Positions 33,042-42,214 of a stretch of DNA of 64,000 nt are shown here, piece by piece. The stretch's first letter is position 1; each line of letters starts with the position of its first letter. The stretch comes from an uncultured Solirubrobacterales bacterium. Lineage in GTDB: Bacteria > Actinomycetota > Thermoleophilia > Solirubrobacterales > Solirubrobacteraceae. The position numbers and the translations under genes were made by a program. The stretch covers positions 9,855 to 73,854 of the forward strand of contig CAVSEF010000001.1 of the NCBI GenBank assembly GCA_963726985.1, given 5' to 3'. Under the pieces are notes generated by a model. It was not told where the DNA came from and searched no databases. It was given only the letters and a program-made list of their open reading frames with translations.

Positions 33042-33194
33042 CTTTGCCGTCAGCCCGCTGGAGCGACTGCGAGAAGTCCCGAGCTAAAGTGGCGGGACCT
33101 GGTTGTTGACCTCAGTTCGTGGTAGACATGGTCCTGGTCCCTGCAGACAGCCGGGAAGAAAAACTCCGCAGTACGCGGGCGACTCAGCGAAGTC

Positions 33195-33482
33195 TCAGCC
33201 TGAGGTGGCAGCGGAAGATGATCGTGCGTCCTGGACCGTGATCACGACAATTAGGTCGTCATGCTCATCGTAGAGATAGACGAGCAGGAGCCATCGCCAC
33301 GGACCGATCAGGAGGCGCAGAGGTTGCCATCTCCCCTCCAACTGACGACCGACCAACGGAAATTGCTCCAAGATGCCCAGCGAACGCTTTACGCGAGCAC
33401 GCGTGTCGACGGGAAGACTGTGAGTGACGATCATCCGATCGAGATCCTCGATCGCAGCGAGGCTCAACTCGACGGGTGTCAC
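33195..33482 (-). CDS. type II toxin, RelE/ParE superfamily
   Basis: 95 aa. ...AIEDLDRMIVTH...VKRSLGILEQFPLVGRQLEG...LRLLIGPWRWLLLVYLYDEHDDLIVVITVQD is a typical ParE/RelE layout. It lies directly downstream of an RHH gene. Confidence 0.8.
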   Translation of the reverse strand: MTPVELSLAAIEDLDRMIVTHSLPVDTRARVKRSLGILEQFPLVGRQLEGRWQPLRLLIGPWRWLLLVYLYDEHDDLIVVITVQDARSSSAATSG

Positions 33483-33501
33483 GCTCTGGGTCTCATGAGA
33501 A

Positions 33502-33759
33502 TTACAGCACGTCGAGAGGGACGGTCTTGCCTTCAGCGACCTGCTTCAACCCCAGTTGGGCGCGCTCATAGGCACCCGGGATACCGTCGAGCAGCGCGGT
33601 GATCGTACGAGGGTCAGGGTCGGCCTCGTCAAGCGCCATCGACAGCAGCGAGCGAGCGAGCGTTCCCTCCTGCACATGCGTGCGCTCGGCCAACCGTGCC
33701 AGCCGAGCTGCATGCTCGGAGTCGAGCGTGACGTTCAGACGGTGGGTCGCTGCCTTCAC
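33502..33759 (-). CDS. ribbon-helix-helix (CopG-like) antitoxin
   Basis: The N-terminal beta-strand plus two helices read HRLNVTLDSEHAARLARLAERTHVQEGTLARSLL. 85 aa, 19 nt upstream of the toxin. Confidence 0.78.
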   Translation of the reverse strand: MKAATHRLNVTLDSEHAARLARLAERTHVQEGTLARSLLSMALDEADPDPRTITALLDGIPGAYERAQLGLKQVAEGKTVPLDVL

Positions 33760-33923
33760 ACCCGTAGCGTACTACACGTCCCGGCACGCCGCGTGCATGT
33801 ATAAGCCGGTGCCGACCCCGTCGACGTACGCGCTGCCTCAGCCAGCGTGGCGGCATTGGGCTGCGATCATCCGCGCGGCCGTGGATGTTTGATTTGGACG
33901 CACAAAATTAGTAAACTGGACAT

Positions 33924-34493
33924 ATGAGTTTTGCGCTTCAGGAGCTGGCGGACAGCCTGCAGGTCAACGAGCGAACCCTGCGTAGAGCATGGGCGCTGGG
34001 GACGCTGCGCGGAACGAGGAGGACCCCCTACCGGTTGGAGTTGCCGGTGGCGGAGCGAATCTACCTACGTCGTCACTGGCCAACTCTCAGCTGCATTCGC
34101 CGCGTGCTGCGCACCGAGCCGGGCGTATCGATGGCTGTCGTGTTCGGCTCGGTCGCACGTGGCGATGACCACGTGGAGTCAGACGTCGATTTGGTCGTCG
34201 CGCTGCGTGAGCCTGGATTGCACCATCGGGTTGCCTTGGCCAAGCGTCTGCGCAAACGCACGGGCCTCATTCTGGAGGTAGTGGCGCTGGAGGATGCCCT
34301 GCGGCGTCCATCGCTGATGATCGAGGTCCTGCGCGACGGACGCGTGCTGGTCGATCGTGACGGGCGCTGGCCGGAACTCCAGGCCCAGATGAAGCGGTTT
34401 GAGATCCGAACACAACGGGATCGCGAGCTCTTGGCCGAACGAGCCTGTGAGGCAACCGCCGCATTTGCCGAAAGGGCCGGGGCGTCCACGTGA
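33924..34493 (+). CDS. nucleotidyltransferase (MNT-type) with an N-terminal HTH-like extension
   Basis: VFGSVARGDDHVESDVDLVV matches the GSxxRG...DxD minimal NTase signature. The promoter region is AT-rich, and there is a GTGA overlap with the next gene. Confidence 0.78.
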   Translation: MSFALQELADSLQVNERTLRRAWALGTLRGTRRTPYRLELPVAERIYLRRHWPTLSCIRRVLRTEPGVSMAVVFGSVARGDDHVESDVDLVVALREPGLHHRVALAKRLRKRTGLILEVVALEDALRRPSLMIEVLRDGRVLVDRDGRWPELQAQMKRFEIRTQRDRELLAERACEATAAFAERAGAST

Positions 34494-35014
34494 ATCCGCA
34501 TCGACCGCAAAGGAGCTCCGCGCAGTTGCGCATGAGCTACGACGAGACGCTCGACGCTCTTCGTCGCCGCTTCGAGCAGCTGGAGTGGGCGGTCGCTCAA
34601 TTTCAGCCCGACCTCGACGAACGGGCCTTCTCGACCGCGTGGTACTCCGATGATCCGTCCGAGCGCACCAGAGCCGACAGCGTCTTATCCAGCTTCGAGA
34701 AGACCTACATGCTGCTCGTGGACCTAATCGCGCTCAGCGTCAAGATCGCCGGACGGTTTGGTGCTCTGAGCGTAGATCAGGAAACCTCTCCGGTTGAGGT
34801 GCTGCGCGAGCTGCGGATCATCTCCCAGTCTGCCCAGGATTCACTCGATGTCCAGCGCGAGGTGCGCAACTTGAGCCAGCACGTCTATGTCGAGCTGACT
34901 GTCTCCGACCTCCGCGATGCGGTCATGCAGCAGATCGGGAGCACGCCCCGCATGATCGAGAATGTCACTTCTTGGGTCGATGGGTTGACCAAGGAGGCGG
35001 GCGAGGGGCGGTGA
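34490..35014 (+). CDS. HEPN-like (HepT/DUF86-like) partner of the NTase
   Basis: It contains VRNLSQHVY (an R-x4-H HEPN motif in the RNxxxHxY context) and is translationally coupled to the MNT gene. Confidence 0.6.
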   Translation: MNPHRPQRSSAQLRMSYDETLDALRRRFEQLEWAVAQFQPDLDERAFSTAWYSDDPSERTRADSVLSSFEKTYMLLVDLIALSVKIAGRFGALSVDQETSPVEVLRELRIISQSAQDSLDVQREVRNLSQHVYVELTVSDLRDAVMQQIGSTPRMIENVTSWVDGLTKEAGEGR

Positions 35015-35268
35015 GCCGGCGCTGCGGGCACCATCGCCGCGTCAGTGCCCGACATCGAGACTCGCGCACCAGCGAGATCTCGGAGGCGCTGCGCAGGGAA
35101 TCAGCTTGCACAGTCCAACCGTCGAGATGTATGTCTCAACCAAGGTGGAAAAACGAAGGAAGAACCGGGGCACCGATTATCACGGGCGGTCAGGTCATCG
35201 CGGTGACACTCAAAGACGGACATTATGAAGTTGGTATTCTGTTCTGCCGAGAGACGATCTTGGCTTGG

Positions 35269-35754
35269 TCACCCAGACACCGCCACAAACTTGCCGCCGA
35301 AGCCCGGCTGCACAACCATCCGATATTGCATCGGGTCGTGACCGTACTTGCTGTCGATTGTCAGCCGCGTGAAATGAGCCCCTTGGCGAATAAACCCGCG
35401 GATTGTGGCTCCGTACTGTAGCTCCGGCCCCTCCGCGCAGTTGATCTTGCAGGTATCGACCCACAGAACGCCGACGCCACGAGCTTCGGATTGTGTCCAC
35501 GACAGCCACTTGATGGGAGCAGGGTGCGCGAATGACCCTACGCCCGTCACGGCGTACCCATCCGTTGGCGTGAGGTCTATCGAGGACGGCCGGACGACGA
35601 AGCTGCCCATCCAGTCGCTGAGGATGCCCGGCAAGCGAGTTGCGCCGCTCGCACTAACGGGCGAGGCCCAGCCAGCAACGATCGCGAGCAACCCGGCCGT
35701 CAAGAGCGAGACGAGCATCGAGAATTTCCGCGCGCTGGGGTTGATACTGTGCAT
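35269..35754 (-). CDS. exported hypothetical protein
   Basis: MHSINPSARKFSMLVSLLTAGLLAIVAGWASPVSASG is signal-peptide-like. 161 aa. Confidence 0.6.
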   Translation of the reverse strand: MHSINPSARKFSMLVSLLTAGLLAIVAGWASPVSASGATRLPGILSDWMGSFVVRPSSIDLTPTDGYAVTGVGSFAHPAPIKWLSWTQSEARGVGVLWVDTCKINCAEGPELQYGATIRGFIRQGAHFTRLTIDSKYGHDPMQYRMVVQPGFGGKFVAVSG

Positions 35755-35984
35755 GAGTTCTCCGATCATAGACACTTGGAATTGGGGACTCAATACCCAC
35801 TCGGTCACGCAGAGTCCCACAGAGCCTGTGTTCCACGAGTCCCTTCAATCGAGAACTCGCACACCACGCGCTTCGGCACGCGGGGGTTGAAGCCCGAACA
35901 GATCCTGTAGCTAGCCATATCGTCGCTCCACGGCGGACACACATGCTTTCCGCTTGTCAGCGTTCTTGATGTGCTTGCAAACAG

Positions 35985-36227
35985 TTATCGCACTGGCTCG
36001 CTGACGCTGGCGGGCAAGCTGAAGTTCGTGCTGGCGAAACAATATGTGACGCCGACCTGAGACGCCGCAGCACTCACGATCGCCTGCCCTTGCGAGGCAC
36101 CTGCCATTGCCGGCGTGACCAGCCCGATACCAAGGACCGACGCACACAGCAGCGTAAGCAGAAGCACGAAGACTGGGGGCCGGCGCGGCGACCTCACAGT
36201 CACGCCCAGAATCGCGCCCACAATCAT
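35985..36227 (-). CDS. small exported protein (hypothetical; the N-terminus faintly resembles NlpC/P60-type proteins)
   Basis: It has an ATGA overlap with the stop of 36224..37447. The sequence has a signal-like stretch (VFVLLLTLLCASVLGIGLVTPAMA) then QAIVSAAASQVGVTY... Confidence 0.4.
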   Translation of the reverse strand: MIVGAILGVTVRSPRRPPVFVLLLTLLCASVLGIGLVTPAMAGASQGQAIVSAAASQVGVTYCFASTNFSLPASVSEPVR

Positions 36228-37447
36228 CGCCCGTGCCCACGGCCGGCGGACACCAGAACCAGCACCTTCGAGCGAGGGGATAGCCGGGTGTGCGGACGCG
36301 AGGCGAGGCCGATCACTCGACCCCGCCGGACGTGACGGCTGTGAAGGTGGCTGATGCTCACCGCGCAGTCGGCTGCCGCCAGCTGGCGCTCGACACGGGC
36401 AAGCGTGCTGCCGCTCTCGACGACGGGAACGACACAGGGGCGTCCCGCGGACTCCACGATGTTCACGGCGGCTCCGGCGGATAGTTTGGTTCCCGGTGCC
36501 GGATTGAGGCTCACGACCCCGCCGCGCGCCACTTTGGTGCTTGCCACTGAACTGATGCTGCCGACCGTACAGTCGGCCGCGCGGATCTTCTGCTCGACGC
36601 TTGCGAGGCTGGCGCCGGATGCGAGCTGCGGCACTACACACGGCGGCGGTGGCGATACAACCGTGAACATCTCCGGCTGAGGGCCGGCGATCACCGGGGT
36701 TTCGTTGCCCGAACCGGCCAGCCACAGACAGATTAGATACTGGCCGGCTTTCGACTGGGTGGTCTTGGCCTGCGTCGAGAACGAGCCGTTTACGCTCTGC
36801 CCTTCGATCAGGTTTGTGCCGAAGTCCGCGTTGTAGGTTGACGCACACGGCGCTCCTCCCGCCGGCCGGACCTTCGCGTAGACGTTCTCGGGTGCTTCGC
36901 TGTCGCCGATCACAGTGACGGTCGCCTGCCGCCCGGGTTCGGGCGCGAGCGGATTCACGGTCGCGGTGATCGTGCCGTTCGGCGATCGGAAGGTAATCGT
37001 CTGCGTGATTGGCACAGTGATTTCATTCGCCCCTCCTTTGGGAGGTAGCCAGATGCAAAACATGAACGTTCCCGACGTGCGCCACGTCATCACTGCCTGA
37101 ACATGAATGGTCCCTTCCACAGCCGCTTCCCAGAATGGACCGGGGAAATCCTCGCTCCCATCCAAAAATGAGCCCGTGTCTTCATTAGCGTTCGGGGCGC
37201 ATGGAGCGCCGCCAGGACCACGGTACTTGACGAATACATGGTTAGGAGCTTCCGCGTTCCCATTGAGGGTAAAGACACGCGGCAGGCCGGCGGCAGGGTC
37301 GGATTCACCGGCCGTGTTGGTCACGCTGATCGAAGCGCTGTCCGCAAACGCTGATCCCGCGCAGATGAATACGGCAGCAAGCGCGAGCGAGCTCACCAAG
37401 ATGCAGCTGCGGCCGAGCCGCAAGCTTCTTCCTCTTCGATCAATCAT
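36224..37447 (-). CDS. exported protein with two internal ~110-aa repeats and two C-terminal PASTA-like domains
   Basis: The signal reads LVSSLALAAVFICAGSAFA. The pattern ...GGAPCA...Y/FLICLWL is repeated. The C-terminus has CVVPQLASGASLASVEQKIRAADCTVG...G.KLSAGAAVNIV and a second copy. Confidence 0.72.
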   Translation of the reverse strand: MIDRRGRSLRLGRSCILVSSLALAAVFICAGSAFADSASISVTNTAGESDPAAGLPRVFTLNGNAEAPNHVFVKYRGPGGAPCAPNANEDTGSFLDGSEDFPGPFWEAAVEGTIHVQAVMTWRTSGTFMFCIWLPPKGGANEITVPITQTITFRSPNGTITATVNPLAPEPGRQATVTVIGDSEAPENVYAKVRPAGGAPCASTYNADFGTNLIEGQSVNGSFSTQAKTTQSKAGQYLICLWLAGSGNETPVIAGPQPEMFTVVSPPPPCVVPQLASGASLASVEQKIRAADCTVGSISSVASTKVARGGVVSLNPAPGTKLSAGAAVNIVESAGRPCVVPVVESGSTLARVERQLAAADCAVSISHLHSRHVRRGRVIGLASRPHTRLSPRSKVLVLVSAGRGHGR

Positions 37448-37503
37448 CTGAGTCTCCCTTGTAGGTCGTGGTATCGCATCCTGCCCGCAGGCCCTGACTA
37501 TAG

Positions 37504-37534
37504 ATAGCCACCCAAGGTGTCGAGTGACCACACC
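37504..37534 (-). promoter_or_regulatory. island motif copy H (GGTGTGGTCACTCGACACCTTGGGTGGCTAT)
   Basis: The core ACACCTTGGGTGG is present. It lies 57-87 nt upstream of ATG 37447 and points toward that gene. Confidence 0.6.
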
Positions 37535-37572
37535 TGCGCTTTCAGGCCAGTCCCTTCGACGCCCACGGGCAG

Positions 37573-37791
37573 CTACGTAGGTCTCGCCCGCGGCGAGGAT
37601 CTTGTCCTGTTGTGAATCAGGTCGTGGACCTTAACCTTGCCGGCTACAGCCGTCATACGGGACTGGTCGCATTCGTCGATGGTCAGCCAGTGGGTGCCCT
37701 CGACGGTCGTGCTGACGTAACGGCCGTTGGTGCCCCAGCTGCCGCCGTTGTCCGAGACCCAGAGGTGGCGGGAGAATTTCTTCGACATCAT
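37573..37791 (-). pseudogene. 5'-truncated, frameshifted remnant of the shared C-terminal module
   Basis: RHLWVSDNGGSWGTNGRYVSTTVEGTHWLTIDECDQS...GKVKVHDLIH aligns with 39642..~39900. After IHN the homologous reading (QDKILAAGETYVAAR) continues in another frame. Confidence 0.6.
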
Positions 37792-37792
37792 G

Positions 37793-38299
37793 TCAACCGA
37801 CGTATTCCAGGTCGACTTCTCTCACGCCTTCGGCCCTGGTGTAGAACAGTATCGACGTGACAACAGGCTTCCCTTCGAACGTTCCCTTGATCTGACAGTC
37901 CAGAGACTTCTTGGGAATCCACGGCCCAGGCCCGCACTTGAGCTTTGGATATGCCTTGCGAAACTTGGCGTAAGACGAGAAGGCTCCAATACCTTTGCTG
38001 GTCTTCTGTAGCTTGGAGTCCGTCCACATCGCATCCACTCGGAGTTCACGATCGAAACCGACTACGCCGTCGAAGCCAGCGGGATACTTCCAGGCGATGC
38101 GACCTTCAAAGTCGGGCGGTTCCTTGAACCCTGGCGGCCCAGTCACCGCTTCGACTTCCGCCTGCGTCATTCCCAGCTTTACGCCGCCAATGCTCTGCCC
38201 CACGATGATATTGGCGCTGGCGGTCGACGACAGCAGAACACCAATAGCCCCCATTGCCGTTAGCGCTACCCCGACGGCAACTACTAGACGTTGTCTCAT
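37793..38299 (-). CDS. exported hypothetical protein
   Basis: The ATG is preceded by GGGAGAAG. The signal reads MRQRLVVAVGVALTAMGAIGVLLSSTASA. 168 aa. Confidence 0.65.
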   Translation of the reverse strand: MRQRLVVAVGVALTAMGAIGVLLSSTASANIIVGQSIGGVKLGMTQAEVEAVTGPPGFKEPPDFEGRIAWKYPAGFDGVVGFDRELRVDAMWTDSKLQKTSKGIGAFSSYAKFRKAYPKLKCGPGPWIPKKSLDCQIKGTFEGKPVVTSILFYTRAEGVREVDLEYVG

Positions 38300-38509
38300 G
38301 CTTCTCCCTGTTTGTGTTTTGCCGCTAGCCGTGACCGTTCCTGCGTCCCGTAGCTGAGTGAGAAGGCTGATTGGGACGCCATGGCAGAGCACGCGAGGCC
38401 CATGTGACCGCTTGAGCGGGAGTAGTTAAGTTAGCGTCGACCGGCCCACAGGCGAAAAGAGAGGCCACGGCGAGCATAAGCGCAGCGTAAGCGACCCGAG
38501 CGCGAAGGC

Positions 38510-39538
38510 TCATGGTTGCCATACAGGCGAAGTTGGGACGTCGGATTGCACGTACTCGGGCCCGGTGCCGTTTTTGACGATCTCGTGGGCCTCTTGACCT
38601 TGCGCGTTCGTCACGAAGAGCCCCTGTAGGCAGGCCACGGCATAGAGCTGCCCGTGTGGAGAGTTCGCGGCCTCGAGCGGCCAGTAGCTTGAGCTGCCGC
38701 TGCGCAGGACGCGGTGCTTGCCCGTGGTCGGGCTGTAGAGACAGATGTCTGGGTGTTGGTCACCTGGCGCCGGGCACTCGTAGCTCACTTCTCCGCTGAT
38801 CGTGAAGTGGACGGGTTCGTCGTAGAACCTCGGAAGGAAGGTAGAGCGTGGTTCGGTGCCGCTCGTGGTCTCGACCGTCGTCAGCGTGTGGAAGCCGGTG
38901 CTCTCTTTGATCTGGTGCGTAAAGACCATGAGACTCCCGTTGCTGGAGTATTCGGCTGAGCCCGGTACGGGCAGCTTTTGGGAGACGCCGGTGCTGACGT
39001 TGACTTCCTCCAACGGCGTGAAGTCTTCTTCGAAGGGTTCCGGTGGTTCTTCCAAGAGCAGTTTCTGCGACCACATGTTCGGGTTCAGCGAGTACACGAT
39101 GTTGCCGCTCGAAGTGAAATTCGGGTTGTAGCCGAGGCCGAGGCGTCTACGGTCGCGGCCATTCGCATCGGCCACGTAAACCGCACGCGTGTTTTCCTCC
39201 ATATCCCCCTCGTCGCCATGGACGATGTTTGTCTCCATGTCGTACGTGAGGAGCTTGCCGTTAGGTGAGAAATGGGGGTGTCTCGGTACGTCCCAGACCA
39301 CGCAGCCGGCGCCACAGGTGGCGGTCCGCCACGGGATCAACTCGTGTAGATCAGTGCCGTTTGCTCGGATCTCGTAGATGCCCGTCTTGACCGAGTAGGC
39401 GATCTCGCCGGCCTGGAAGCGCGCGCTCATTGTGGCGCCCGACGTGAAGCCGGCGGCCGAGGCGCTCGCGGCAACCAGCAACAGCCACGCAACGGCCATC
39501 ACGGTCGTGCAGTAGATCCCAAAAATGGATCGCCTCAT
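38510..39538 (-). CDS. exported beta-propeller-like protein (TolB/PD40-like repeats)
   Basis: The signal reads MRRSIFGIYCTTVMAVAWLLLVAASASA. It has FSPNGKLLTY / YSSNGSLMVF-type repeat signatures. Confidence 0.68.
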   Translation of the reverse strand: MRRSIFGIYCTTVMAVAWLLLVAASASAAGFTSGATMSARFQAGEIAYSVKTGIYEIRANGTDLHELIPWRTATCGAGCVVWDVPRHPHFSPNGKLLTYDMETNIVHGDEGDMEENTRAVYVADANGRDRRRLGLGYNPNFTSSGNIVYSLNPNMWSQKLLLEEPPEPFEEDFTPLEEVNVSTGVSQKLPVPGSAEYSSNGSLMVFTHQIKESTGFHTLTTVETTSGTEPRSTFLPRFYDEPVHFTISGEVSYECPAPGDQHPDICLYSPTTGKHRVLRSGSSSYWPLEAANSPHGQLYAVACLQGLFVTNAQGQEAHEIVKNGTGPEYVQSDVPTSPVWQP

Positions 39539-39613
39539 GGATGCCTCTGTGCGGTCATTCGAATATCCTCTTCTAGTGGCTTGCGGAGCATTATCTCGCC
39601 TGGGAGAACGCTC

Positions 39614-39637
39614 GGCCACCCATCCAAGGTGTTAATC
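39614..39637 (-). promoter_or_regulatory. island motif copy I, short form (GATTAACACCTTGGATGGGTGGCC)
   Basis: It starts 4 nt after the stop of the module gene 39642..40542 and lies ~80 nt upstream of ATG 39538. Confidence 0.55.
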
Positions 39638-39641
39638 GCGC

Positions 39642-40542
39642 TCACCCCGACGGCTGACGGGTGGCTATGTACGTCTGGCCCGCGCTGATGACCTTGGTCT
39701 TGTCGTTGACCAGATCGTGCACCTTCACCCTGCCGGCCGCGACCTCTACCTCGGAGCGATTGCATTTATCGAGCGTCAGCCAGCGCGTGCCCTCGACCGT
39801 GGTGCTCACGTAACGGCCGTTGGTGCCCCAACTGCCGCCGCTCTCGGAAACCCAGAGGTGGCGTAACTTGGCGCCCGCGCGATGCCCGGCGCCTTTCGCG
39901 GGCGACTTGGCGTGAGGGTGGCCCAGCGGCAGGCTGCGCGGACATCCGGTGAGCGGCAGAGACAACGTTAAACGCGCCAGTGCATGAGCTCCGCTGGTCT
40001 GACGGAACGTGAAGATCCCCTCGTACACTTCCGCGCTTGCTGTCGGTCCGGCATGCGCGGTCGCCACGGTGATCAGCACGCGGCCGTCGGTGGCGTCGAC
40101 TTCGCTCCCGTTGGGGATGCTGGCCGAACCGGAGAGCGATACGAACGTGTTCGTGCCCTTGAGGCGGATTCTCACGGTCCCGGCGATCACCTTCGCGATC
40201 CCCCTGCCGGCCGAGGATCGGAGGTGGTGGGGGCTCTTCGACCGAGGGCGAGACAGGCTGCGCCGTCGCAGCCTGCACCGTGGGTGGCAGGGGTGGAGGT
40301 TGATATACGGCGACGCGATTCGTCGCGGGACGCACTGGACGGACAGCCTTGTTGGAAACCTTCGGCGCAAGGCGTGGTGGAGCGGACAGAACTACAACCA
40401 CCGGCGGCGGGGGAGGCGAGGATGCCTGTGTTTTCGTGAGCGACGCCAGCGCTACGCCGGACACCATCAGAACGACGGCGCACGCGATGATCGCCGCGTG
40501 AATTTGGCGCCTGCGCGCCGAGCGTCTATTTCTCGGTTTCAC
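39642..40542 (-). pseudogene. TM-anchored Pro-rich protein carrying the shared C-terminal module, split by a single frameshift at a G5 run
   Basis: The N-terminal frame (39766..40542) reads MKPRNRR...TM...PPPPPILGRQG. The module frame (39642..40370) reads IAKVIAGTVRIRLKGTNTFVSL... The frames meet at CAGGGGGAT (plus-strand C5 at 40200-40204). Removing one G gives LGRQGIAKVIAGTV, which aligns with the paralogs. Confidence 0.65.
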
Positions 40543-40689
40543 CAGATCCTCACCAAATCCACCAATCGGGATCGGTACAGTAGCAAGATCGGACGAGATA
40601 GACTCGCCCGGTGGTCGGCGACTTGCGTTCGCGTCAACCGACGGTGTACTGAACGCTCAGGCGCAACCGGATAGGATCGCATCTGGCGA

Positions 40690-42027
40690 ATGGCAATCAG
40701 ACCGCGAGTCGGCCCAGTCCTGCAGTTACGTCAAGCGCACAACTGTCATCCATCGCGTGGACATTTGGCCGGTGTCGCCGCGACCGGTGTCGCTCTGGGC
40801 ATCACAATCGGCCTGACCGTTTTCTCCGGCGGCGGCTTCAGCGATGCGTCGCAGTCGACTTTTATCGCGCTCGCCGGCGCCACGCTGCTGCTGGCGGCGA
40901 GCTTCAACGGCGGCGCCACGATCGCGGCGATGCGATCTCCGTTGGCATTGACTCTCGCGGCTCTTGGCGCCCTCTGTATTGCGAGCGCGGCCTGGACGAT
41001 CGGGGACCCCGCGACATCTGTGCGCTGGGGGCTCACGATCGTGAGCTATGGCGCGGTGTTCGTCGCCGCCGCGACGTTCACACAAATGCTCGGCCCATGG
41101 CCGCTTGCTGCCGGAATCGCCGTCCTCGCGGCGATCGAGGCGATCCTGGGTGTGCGTGCGCTGGCCATGCATGCCTTGCCTGACGCCGAATCGATCGGCG
41201 GCGTCTGGCGGCCCGGGGGCACGTTTGAGTATCCCCCCGCGCTCGCGATCCTCGAGGTCGGCGCGATTCCGATCCTGAGTTATGCGATGGCACGCGAATC
41301 GAAGCTCGTTGCGGGTGCGTCCGCCGCGGCCACGGTGCTCGCCGGTGCGGTGCTTGGCCTCGCCGGAAGTCGACTGGCCGTTGGGCTCGCGGTGGTCTTC
41401 CTGGCGATCATGGCCCTGACCTCCCGAGCGAGCGGGATCTCGCGCATCACAGTGGCGGGTACGGCCGCACTGCTGATCGTGGGCGCACTGGCCGGCAGTG
41501 CCCTACTGAATGGACACCTCGCCCCGGGCGCGACCGCGGGGGACTACACGAGCCCCTCCGCCAGGGGCACATCACACGCTCGGAGCGCATCCGAGGTCCG
41601 ACGCACTCCTCCCAGCCGGCCGCGATCGGACCTGCTGCACGGCCGCGCGCATGAGTGGGACGCCGCACTGCAGACCTGGCTTCACCGGCCACTGCTCGGC
41701 GCCGGCGCCAGCTCGTACTACAAGGCATCGCTGCCATATCAGGGCTCCGGAGCCACGCTCTACGCGCACGACCTCCCGTTGGAACTGGCCGCCGAGCTCG
41801 GCGTGCTGGGATTGCTGCTGGGCGTGGTCTTATATATCGCGTGCGGGTGGACGATCGCGACGGCGAGCGACGGCACGGCGCTGATGCTCCTCGGCGTGAC
41901 GGTCGTGGCGTTCCTGGCTTCCAATCTCGTCGACTGGACGTGGCACCTGGCCGGTCTCGGAGCCGTGTGGGCTGCATGCGCTGGCGGCCTGGCGGGTTGC
42001 GGGCGTCGGACCGCGCGCGGGGCTTGA
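40690..42027 (+). CDS. O-antigen ligase / Wzy_C-like polytopic membrane protein
   Basis: About 10 TM segments, a large loop, and the motif YAHDLPLELAAELGVLGLLL typical of the O-antigen ligase family. Confidence 0.72.
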   Translation: MAIRPRVGPVLQLRQAHNCHPSRGHLAGVAATGVALGITIGLTVFSGGGFSDASQSTFIALAGATLLLAASFNGGATIAAMRSPLALTLAALGALCIASAAWTIGDPATSVRWGLTIVSYGAVFVAAATFTQMLGPWPLAAGIAVLAAIEAILGVRALAMHALPDAESIGGVWRPGGTFEYPPALAILEVGAIPILSYAMARESKLVAGASAAATVLAGAVLGLAGSRLAVGLAVVFLAIMALTSRASGISRITVAGTAALLIVGALAGSALLNGHLAPGATAGDYTSPSARGTSHARSASEVRRTPPSRPRSDLLHGRAHEWDAALQTWLHRPLLGAGASSYYKASLPYQGSGATLYAHDLPLELAAELGVLGLLLGVVLYIACGWTIATASDGTALMLLGVTVVAFLASNLVDWTWHLAGLGAVWAACAGGLAGCGRRTARGA

Positions 42028-42214
42028 GATCGGCTATCGGACGAGATTTGTCGAGAGCCATCTCCTTGTAGGCGACAGCTCACCCGCCCGCCCGGTATCA
42101 CGGCGCTTTGGCGAGATACCTGTGACCGGCCTTGACGATGACACGAAGGCATCACAACACCTTGGTTGGTTCCCGGGACGAGCGTTACGGTAGACACGGC
42201 CCGGGAGCCCCTCA

